Origin: an uncultured Bacilli bacterium | GTDB taxonomy: Bacteria; Bacillota_I; Bacilli_A; RF39; UBA660 | Direction of reading: 5' to 3' | Assembly (NCBI GenBank): GCA_944332025.1 | Contig: CALVJB010000001.1 | Location: 21,629 to 85,628 of the forward strand | Length of the DNA stretch: 64,000 bases | Shown here: piece by piece, positions 42,133-50,600 of the stretch | Position numbering within the stretch: the first letter of the stretch is position 1 | Layout: each line of letters starts with the position of its first letter | The notes under the pieces: model-generated | Databases searched by the model: none | What the model was told of the DNA's origin: nothing | The model's input: only the letters and a program-made list of their open reading frames with translations | Translations under genes and position numbers: made by a program

Positions 42133-43229
42133 TTAGTCCTCCTTTTAGACTACTTTCAATAAACTCATCTATCTCTCCATCTAATACTCCTTTAGTATTA
42201 CTAGTTTCATAATTAGTTCTATGGTCTTTAACTAGAGAATATGGGTGTAAAATATAACTTCTTATTTGACTACCAAAATCTATATTAGATTGAATACCTT
42301 TTTCTTTAGCAAGTTCTTGTTCCTTTTTTTGTTCTTCTAATACATATAACTTACTTTTTAATACTTGTAAAGCGGTTTCTTTATTTTGAATTTGACTTCT
42401 TTCATTTTGACAAGTTACAACTATTTTAGTAGGTAAGTGAGTAATACGTACGGCACTATCAGTGGTGTTTACTCCTTGTCCACCGGCACCTGTTGAACGA
42501 TAGACATCTATTTTTAAGTCTTTTTCATTTATATCTATCTTAATATCTTTAGATATTTCTGGAGTTACATCGATGCTTGCAAAAGAAGTATGACGACGAT
42601 TAGATGAGTCAAAGGGAGATAGTCTAACTAGACGATGGACTCCTTTTTCATTTTTTAAATAGCCATAAGCATATTCACCTTTTACTTTGAAAGAGACACT
42701 CTTAATTCCTGCTTCTTCACCTGCTTGATAGTCAAGTAGTTCTATTTTAAAGTTCTTTTTCTCACAGTATCTTGTATACATTCTATAAAGCATATTAGCC
42801 CAGTCACAAGACTCAGTTCCTCCTGCACCAGGATGTATTTCAATGATACAGTTATTTTTATCATATGGTTTATTAAATAGTAGATAGATACTTAAACTCT
42901 TTAAATCTTCTTTAATAGTTTTATTATCTTCCTCAATTGTTTGTAATAATTCTTTATCACTTTCTTCATCTAACATCTCTAGTAATTCTATAGAGTCAAA
43001 TATTTTTTTCTTTAAGTCTATTAACTTAGATGTTCTTTCCTTTAAACTCTTTAACTCACTAATAGTAGTCTCTGCTTTACTAGGATCACTCCAAAAATCT
43101 TCTTTAGTAGTTTCTTTTTCTAGTTCTTCTAGTTCTTTAAGTTTTTTATCAGTGTCAAAGTGACCTCCATAAACTTAGTATTTCTTCTTTTTCACTTGTT
43201 AATTCTCTTAATAATTCATTTTTATTCAT
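42104..43229 (-). CDS. prfB: Peptide chain release factor 2, expressed via programmed +1 frameshift (join 43229..43158 and 43156..42104)
   Basis: The track ORF (42104-42976) contains SPF (RLSPFDS) and the GGQ motif (STGAGGQGVNTT). ATG at 43227-43229 opens MNKNELLRELTSEKEEILSLWRSL, then an in-frame TGA. The +1 frame from GAC (43156-43154) is continuous with the downstream ORF. Confidence 0.93.
43154..43168 (-). promoter_or_regulatory. RF2 autoregulatory frameshift site
   Basis: The minus strand reads GGAGG-TCA-CTT-TGA-C. This is an internal Shine-Dalgarno 3 nt before the canonical CUU UGA C shift site. Confidence 0.9.
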
Positions 43230-43252
43230 TCTTACCAACTCTCTTTATTAGT

Positions 43253-43281
43253 ATTATACAAGATATTTATTTTTATAACAA
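43253..43281 (-). promoter_or_regulatory. Strong sigma-A promoter for prfB
   Basis: The minus strand reads TTGTTA (43276-43281), a 17 nt spacer ending in TG, then TATAAT (43253-43258). Confidence 0.6.
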
Positions 43282-43377
43282 AATATTTTTTGTATATTTT
43301 ATAGAAACTTGCATATATTATTAGTGAGGAAGGTTCACTGTTAAGTGTGAAGATCCTCTATATTATAGATTGAACTG

Positions 43378-45102
43378 TTAGATATTTCTAGCAGTTCTTT
43401 TTGTTGTATTAATAGATATATCAGTAGTTTTATCTTCACTATTAACAATATCTTCTGTATCTTCTTTCATAGACTTTTGTAACTCTTCTACTTTTATACT
43501 ATCTTTTAAGATATTAGACTTTTCTATTTCTTCTAAAGCTTTAGTTAATTTAGTTATATCGTCTTTTACCCAATTGATAAGGTCTAATGTATTTTTTTCA
43601 TATTCAGTTATATCTCTTTGATAGTAATAATCCATTTCACTTATGTCATTAGGAATATAATTAAGTTTTGTAATACTTTCAAATTCTGATTCTATAGAGT
43701 TAATTTCTTTAGTTAAGTCATGTATTTTTTCTGCTATACCTTGATTATCTTTCTTTAACGACTCCATTTTATTTATGGATTCTTGTAAATCATTTTTATA
43801 TTGTTTAATTCTCTTTCTAAATATTATTCTTTTAATAAAATTACTAGAGCTTTCTTTAATTAATTCATTTATACTTTCTTGATGTTTTTCTTCGCTAGTA
43901 ATATTTCTACTATTTTCTTCTAAATTAAAAGTATATTCATTTTTCTTTTGATATTTTTCTTTTCTATTATTAATTAAATTATTTAAATGGTCTTTTGATG
44001 AAATTATATTTTTTGTTATTTCTATTTCTTCTAAACTTTCATTATAATTATTTAGTTGTTTTTCCTTTTCTAGTAGTTCTTTTTTATTTTTAGAATAAGT
44101 AAAACTTGTAATTACTTTAAGAATGTCATCATAAGATGTGCATTTTTCTAATTTCATATCAAGTTCATTTTTATCTATATACCTAATATCTTTACAACAT
44201 TTTAATAATAACTCATAATTTGGAAATAATTCATTTACTAGAGTTCTGTCTTGATACTGAAGTTTATTTAAATAATCAAGTATATCATTAAATGTTTTCT
44301 TATTCTTAAAACTATTTTTTATAAGAATATATAACTTTTCTTCTAAGTTATCTAAAGTCATAGTTTCTATTTTATCGCTTTGTATATATAGTTCTTTTAA
44401 TATATCAAATAGTTTCTTTATGTTCTTATAATTTGGTATAAGTTCTTTAAATATATCTTTGTAATAATCATCATTTATATATGATTTACATTTACCTAGT
44501 AATAATGATAACTCATCAACATTTCTATAAGGGGCATTTAAGTTTGATAATATATTATTAATTACTTCTTCTTTAGGTAAAGTTGTACCTATAATTTTTT
44601 CTTCTTCAATATCTATATTATGAGTAATTTCAGACTTAATTTTATCTTTTAGCATTTCTATATCTTCTTTACTTGTTATATCACCTTTGCTTTCTTTACC
44701 GGGTGGCTCGTATAAATCTATTTTAATTTTTCTAGTGTTTTCTTCATTGTCATTAAACTTTTCTACAATATTTAGTTCATTTATTATAAATTCAGCTTGA
44801 CTATAACTCAATTTTCCATCATCGGGCATAAAGATAACTAATTCAACACCAGTTGAAGCCATCATAGCATTTCTTGGTCTTACATCAAAATATCTTCTTT
44901 GATTATCATTATATATTTCTGTTTCTATATTACCTGCTATTTCATTATGAGTAGCAAAGTCATTTCTAAGAACTTGACTATAAAAAATACACTGTTTATC
45001 TGTTATTACCCATACCCCTCTTGTCCTTTTATCATTTTCATTACAATAATCAAAATAATCTTCAGCTTTTAATTTTAAACTTCTTTCATCGATTTTTTGC
45101 AT
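43378..45102 (-). CDS. Hypothetical large coiled-coil protein
   Basis: 574-577 aa. A ~130 aa N-terminal globular part, followed by Lys/Glu/Asn-rich helical repeats. No catalytic motif was recognised. Start taken at M4 behind AAAGGA. Confidence 0.5.
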   Translation of the reverse strand: MQKIDERSLKLKAEDYFDYCNENDKRTRGVWVITDKQCIFYSQVLRNDFATHNEIAGNIETEIYNDNQRRYFDVRPRNAMMASTGVELVIFMPDDGKLSYSQAEFIINELNIVEKFNDNEENTRKIKIDLYEPPGKESKGDITSKEDIEMLKDKIKSEITHNIDIEEEKIIGTTLPKEEVINNILSNLNAPYRNVDELSLLLGKCKSYINDDYYKDIFKELIPNYKNIKKLFDILKELYIQSDKIETMTLDNLEEKLYILIKNSFKNKKTFNDILDYLNKLQYQDRTLVNELFPNYELLLKCCKDIRYIDKNELDMKLEKCTSYDDILKVITSFTYSKNKKELLEKEKQLNNYNESLEEIEITKNIISSKDHLNNLINNRKEKYQKKNEYTFNLEENSRNITSEEKHQESINELIKESSSNFIKRIIFRKRIKQYKNDLQESINKMESLKKDNQGIAEKIHDLTKEINSIESEFESITKLNYIPNDISEMDYYYQRDITEYEKNTLDLINWVKDDITKLTKALEEIEKSNILKDSIKVEELQKSMKEDTEDIVNSEDKTTDISINTTKRTARNI

Positions 45103-45175
45103 AACTTTCATCCTTTATTTTTCTTATCTTTAAGATACCATAAATATATTCTTATTTCAATTGTAAAGATAACTA

Positions 45176-45200
45176 AAAAGACTCGCCTCCCGAGTCTTTT
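45176..45200 (-). terminator. GC-rich hairpin terminator after the ProRS-like gene
   Basis: aaaagactcg (45176-45185) pairs with cgagtctttt (45191-45200) with loop cctcc. It overlaps the stop codon. Confidence 0.65.
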
Positions 45201-46473
45201 ATAAATTCTTAAAGTAATCAACTATTTCATCTACTTTAACTATATCAGTAGAATTATCTTTTGTATTTTCAATAGAATAATTTTCTCCATCAAATTTATT
45301 ACCTAATATAATCATTTTAGGTGTACCTAATACATATACATCATTAATTCTATTACCAATAGTTAGATTCTCTCTATCATCGATAATAGCATTGATATTA
45401 TTATCAGCTAATTCTTTATATAATTCTTCTGCTTTATCTTTATTGTTTTCATTATAAATAATTTGTACTTTATAAGGAGCGATTTTATAAGGTAGAGCGA
45501 AGCCTTTAATTTTATCATCTTTTCTAATAACATTATTTTCTATTAGACAAGCGATTATTCTACCTAGCCCTATACCATAGCATCCCATATAATATGGCTT
45601 ATTATTACCATTTTCATCTATATAGAACAATTTCATGCTTTCTGAATATTTTGTTCCTAATTGGAAATTATTACCTAACTCTACTGCTTGATACTCTTTT
45701 AATTTACTAGTATCAGTTATATTTAATTGTTTTAAATAGTCATCTTTATTATCAAATTCTAATACTTCTTTGTTAATACCTAGATTTTGTTCTTCATCAT
45801 AAAGGACAGTATCTTCTCCAAGTTTAGTTGCTGCCTGGAACTCTTCGGCAACACTTCCACCTATTACACCATTATCGCTTACTGTAGGCATTATTTTAAT
45901 ACCTAGTCTTTTAAAGATATTTAAGTAAGCTTCATGCATTAGGTCATATGTTTTTCTCATATCTTCTTCTGTTTTATCAAAAGAATATGCATCCATCATG
46001 ACAAATGTTCTTGGTCTAAAAAGATAACCTCTAGTTCTTATTTCTTTTCTAAACTTTTCTCCTATTTGATAATATATAGCAGGTAGGTTTTTATATGAAG
46101 GAAGTCTATTAGCACCAAATAGGGTTGCACATTCTTCTGCTGTAGGAGCAAGTCCATATTCTCCTAGATTATTATCTAGAGTAAACATAATATCTCCTTC
46201 TTTAGTATACATATCCCATCTATTAGATTGTTCCCATATTTTCTTAGGTTGTAGTTTAGGAAACTCTACTTGAATACAACCTACTTTATCTAATTCTTCA
46301 ATAATAATATTTTCAACAATTCGCTCTAATTTAGTCCAAAGATTTCCATATCCATAAATACCACTTTCATATTGATAAAGTTCTCCAAGCTTCATTAAAA
46401 TATCTTGACCAGAATAGTTCTTATCAATATCATTTAAGTTAATCTTTTTAATATTTAATCTACTAAGTCTCAT
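45199..46473 (-). CDS. Bacterial-type prolyl-tRNA synthetase-like class IIa enzyme lacking the INS editing domain
   Basis: Motif 2 region YQIGEKFRKEIRTRGYLFRPRTFVMMDAYSF, motif 3 MGCYGIGLGRIIA and a C-terminal anticodon-binding-type domain. Only ~130 aa separate motifs 2 and 3. Start trimmed to M19 (MRLSRL...) behind AAGAGGA, because the track extension covers a promoter. Confidence 0.7.
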   Translation of the reverse strand: MRLSRLNIKKINLNDIDKNYSGQDILMKLGELYQYESGIYGYGNLWTKLERIVENIIIEELDKVGCIQVEFPKLQPKKIWEQSNRWDMYTKEGDIMFTLDNNLGEYGLAPTAEECATLFGANRLPSYKNLPAIYYQIGEKFRKEIRTRGYLFRPRTFVMMDAYSFDKTEEDMRKTYDLMHEAYLNIFKRLGIKIMPTVSDNGVIGGSVAEEFQAATKLGEDTVLYDEEQNLGINKEVLEFDNKDDYLKQLNITDTSKLKEYQAVELGNNFQLGTKYSESMKLFYIDENGNNKPYYMGCYGIGLGRIIACLIENNVIRKDDKIKGFALPYKIAPYKVQIIYNENNKDKAEELYKELADNNINAIIDDRENLTIGNRINDVYVLGTPKMIILGNKFDGENYSIENTKDNSTDIVKVDEIVDYFKNL

Positions 46474-46498
46474 AATAATTCCTCTTTTCTTTAATGAT

Positions 46499-46527
46499 AT
46501 TATATGGGTATTTTTCTTGTACGTCAA
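46499..46527 (-). promoter_or_regulatory. Near-consensus sigma-A promoter for the ProRS-like gene
   Basis: The minus strand reads TTGACG (46522-46527), a 17 nt spacer, then TATAAT (46499-46504). Confidence 0.65.
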
Positions 46528-46546
46528 ATTAAAATGTAAAGAATTA

Positions 46547-47128
46547 TTATTTATTGTCTTTTAATTTAATTATTGCAATAATTATAACTATTAAAGAAGT
46601 TATAAGTAAAATAATATATATAATAATATTATCATTTGTTTCTGGTATTTCTTCTATTTGACTATTCTCTTTTTGAGCTAGAAAATCCCAAACAACTTCA
46701 TGTTCTATATTTTCTATTTCATTTGATGCTTCTTTTGGTACTGTCACAACTACTTTTAAAACAATATCTGCCTCATCTGAAAATGACCCTAATTTTATAT
46801 ATTCATCAGAAGTATTTATTTCTCTATCATCAATATAAGTTTTTATAGTAATATATGGTGGTAGAACATCCAGATTTTTTATTTTTATAAATAAAGTCGT
46901 GACATCGCTGATATTACGTATTCTTAAAGAAATATCTTGCTCTTTTTTATCTCCTGGCATTAAGTTTTTTAATTCTGGAAAAAGATCTTTATTATCACTA
47001 TTTATAAATTTAATTTGATTTTTTCTACCATCATAATATATTGTTGGATTTTTTTCGAGTGTATAACCTATTTTCGTGATAGAAAAAGCTAATACTAATA
47101 TACTAACTAATATAATTATTTTTTTCAT
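46547..47128 (-). CDS. TasA/camelysin-fold-like protein with N-terminal signal and C-terminal membrane anchor
   Basis: 193 aa. N-terminal hydrophobic signal. LFPELKNLMPGDKKEQDISLRIRN resembles the nL.PGD block of TasA/camelysin. C-terminal IPETNDN, then a 20 aa hydrophobic segment, then KLKDNK. Confidence 0.5.
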   Translation of the reverse strand: MKKIIILVSILVLAFSITKIGYTLEKNPTIYYDGRKNQIKFINSDNKDLFPELKNLMPGDKKEQDISLRIRNISDVTTLFIKIKNLDVLPPYITIKTYIDDREINTSDEYIKLGSFSDEADIVLKVVVTVPKEASNEIENIEHEVVWDFLAQKENSQIEEIPETNDNIIIYIILLITSLIVIIIAIIKLKDNK

Positions 47129-47679
47129 TGGTTCTCCTTTAAGTTAATTTCATTATTTATAATGTTTACATTCCATGCTTCCTCTACAGCTTTTTTAGGA
47201 TTTGCTTGAATAGATTGAACAGTAATATTAAGATTAACATTATTCTTTAATTTTATAAAATCGTTTATAAAGATATCAGTATTTTCGTTTGGATTTACGA
47301 TGTTTTGATAGTAATAATAACCGTCTTCAGCTTTTAACCAGTTAGAGGTGTTATTTATTGATATATTATAATCAGTATTTTCGTTTGGTGTTGTGGCTAG
47401 AACATTTTGATTTTCATCTTCTAGTTCAATAGTTATGTATGCTCTAATGTATATTGGTACATTACCAGTATTTTGTATATATATATTTTCATTTGTAGTT
47501 TCATTTTTAATTTCAGTTTTAACCTCACCTATAACGAATTCATTTTCTATAGAATTTGTTAATACTAAATAGGCCATTGAACCCATAATTAATAGAAAGA
47601 GAAATGGGATAATAATAATTAATACTTTATTTTTAGTGCGAAAAAGGTGATAAAGTTTATTTTTTGTCTTTTTATTCAT
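47125..47679 (-). CDS. SipW-dependent-type signal peptide protein (TasA/camelysin-like)
   Basis: 184 aa. Basic N-terminus, a TM segment, then MGSMAYLVLTNSIENEFVIGEVKTEI, which resembles the GT.AYFTD....N.F..G block of SipW substrates. Overlaps the next gene by 4 nt. Confidence 0.55.
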   Translation of the reverse strand: MNKKTKNKLYHLFRTKNKVLIIIIPFLFLLIMGSMAYLVLTNSIENEFVIGEVKTEIKNETTNENIYIQNTGNVPIYIRAYITIELEDENQNVLATTPNENTDYNISINNTSNWLKAEDGYYYYQNIVNPNENTDIFINDFIKLKNNVNLNITVQSIQANPKKAVEEAWNVNIINNEINLKENQ

Positions 47680-47692
47680 AAGCTATCACCTC

Positions 47693-50600
47693 CTAGTTAT
47701 TTGTAGTAAAATCAAACCATTTTGGATTTTCTTTTACTGGTATTAAATTTATATTTTCATTATTATAATTACTGCTTACAGAAATATCTTGTTCTAAAAT
47801 GTTACTATATCTCCAAGACCAAGTATCTTTTTCAACTATTTTATATTTTCCATATGGCAATTTTAAAGTTTTTGGACTTTCTGCTGTTATTAATATTTCA
47901 TTTATTAGATCGTCATCATATAGTTGTATTATAAAAGTTTCATTTTTATCTGCTTCAATATTAATATTAATTGTTCCAAACAAGTCGAGTGTGGATAATC
48001 CATTTTCGTTTGTTTTTCCAGTAGCTAAACTTACTAGAGGTAAGTCTTTGTTTTGATATAATGTAATATCAATATTTGGTGGGTATTCTATACTTTGACT
48101 ATTTGAATTATATGCTGTGTCTTCTAATTTAAAAGTTATAGTTGGATCTTGATAATCAATATTTAAGTACGCAGACATTTTATTAGCAGATATTGACACA
48201 TCAATATCATTAGCACTTTTACTGTTATTAATAGTTAGAGGATTACCCTTGGAATCCGTAGCACTTATTGTTCTTATAATAGGATATAAATCCATATTTT
48301 GTTTAATCTCTAATTTATAAAAATCATCCCATTTAATAATTGTTCCATCTTTTTCCCATTGCCAGTTTTGAAATATCTCGTTAGGGTCTAAAGTGGCGTT
48401 TATTTCTTGATAAGGTTCAAAATCAATAATTGTTTCTATTTTGTTTCCTTCACTATCAATTACTTCACTGACAAATGAACGATTTTCATCTTGAGTTATT
48501 TCAGATGTGTAGATTATATTACCATTTTTATCGTGATAATTTACTTTATAATACTTTAAATAAACAGCTGTATAAGTAGTATCTTTTAAAGACTCATCTT
48601 TTTGAAGCAGATAGGTTTGATTTTCTGTTATTAAATTTCCTTTATTGTTATTATCTTGATAATTTTGATACCAACCAATAAATTTATAACCTTCTATTTT
48701 TTCAGCATTTATTTGAGTTTTATCATAGCCTACTTTTGTAATGTTTCTAATTTGATTTGGATCTAGACCACTAGAAAGTAAATAATCATCAATATTGGAA
48801 TTTACCTTTACTTTAATATTAATATATACAGGCCATAATTCTAATGAATTATTTATAATGGATGAAGAGTTTATTATATTTATAGAATTTAAGTCTTCAT
48901 CTATTATATGATATTTACCATTTTCAGGAGATTCATTAGTCCATCCATAAAATATATAGTTATCAATATTATAAGTAGGAGATGGCATATTACCTACAAT
49001 ATCTCCAGAATTTTTTATTTCTAATTTTGTTTCAGTATCATTTAAATGATATAACAAGATATTGGTACTATATTTTGCCATAAATGTATACTGTTTACCA
49101 GCTTCAATTTGACAAGTATAAGTTCCATTTGTATTAGGATTTATTATCTCTTCGGTATTGCCACTTACTTTTACTAAGGATGTTAGTTTGTACTTTTCTG
49201 AAGAACCTTCACTTATAAAGGTATCTGTATCAGGTGTTAAAGTAACAGTTGCTTTACCCGTTTCTGTTTCTTCTATCGTATATTTAGGGTTTGAAGGGAT
49301 GTTTATTCCTGGAGCTTTAAAATTGACATTGGTTGTTGTTTCCACATTGTACTTTGCATATACAGGATATACATCTATAGCCTCTTTTATTATTTCATCT
49401 TTAGATAATAAATATGGTTTTACTTTATTTATATCAGAGGTACAATAAGTATCATTTTCCACGTCATATATGTAATTCCACTCTAAAGAATTAGGGGTTA
49501 CTTCTTCTGATGATATCCATCCTAGAAAACTATAGCCATCTATTTTCATTTCTTCTTCTGATGGGGAAGCTTGTAAGGTTACTGTTTTATTTAGACTTTC
49601 TTTACTATCTTCTGGATTTGTATCGACCTCTTCATCTTGATGAAAAAATGGATATTTATATGTATGAGTTATATCTTCTTTCATGAATAAATTATCGTTA
49701 TACTTTCTTGTAACTGTTTTATATGTATTATCTTTTTTGTGAAAAGTTATATCTGCTGTTACCATTGCCATGCCTTTATACTGTATACTTGGATCTAATA
49801 CACCTGTATCCATTGGGTTATTTATATATGTCCAAGCTTTATTTGAGCGTTCTAAGGTCCAAAAGTTTAAATGATATTTTTCACTAATTGGTGTAAAAGT
49901 AAAAACACCTCCTGTAATTGATTTTGAGTCATCAATTGCCCCTGGACCTGGAAAATCTGTTGTTATAAATGCCTGGTAAAAAGTCTCTCCATTTGTATCG
50001 TCTGTTGTATTATGAGAATAAACTTTTAAAGGTTTTACTATATTTCCAGTAAAAGCGTCTGATTTATCGTCATTTCGATTATGGTCTATATGTTCTATAC
50101 CCCAGTGAGTTATTGATTCTTTGATATAACTTGGTCCACCAATGCTTATAAATTCACTATTATATGTTTGATATCTTGTCGTAAATAATTCAGATTCCGT
50201 AAATGATGCACCATTGTGTTGTCTAAAGGCTCTAACATAATATTCTACAGCATATTTGAATTTTGCAGTATAGGTGTGTTTTTGAGTTAAGTCTACGTTT
50301 TTCAATTCATAACTTTGGTCTTTAGATACCTTGACACCATTTTCATACCATCCAAGAAATTCGTATCCTTCTGGAAACTTTCCATCTATACCATTTACAG
50401 AGATAACAACATTATTATTTTCATTAAGTTTTATATTGGTAAAACCAACACCTTCTCTTTGACTTTCATCATTTAAATCGTCTTGTTCATGTCCCTCAAA
50501 AACAGTTGTTATATTTGATATTGAATCAACATAAACAGGATATAAATTCATTGTTTTAGTTATTTTGTCACCAGTTTCATAAAATTCATTTTGGTTTTTT

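Noticed and set aside
46474-46546. A T-box leader upstream of the ProRS-like gene.
   Set aside because: Only 73 nt separate it from the upstream gene, and that space is occupied by a promoter, leaving a ~25 nt UTR. This is far too short for a T-box.
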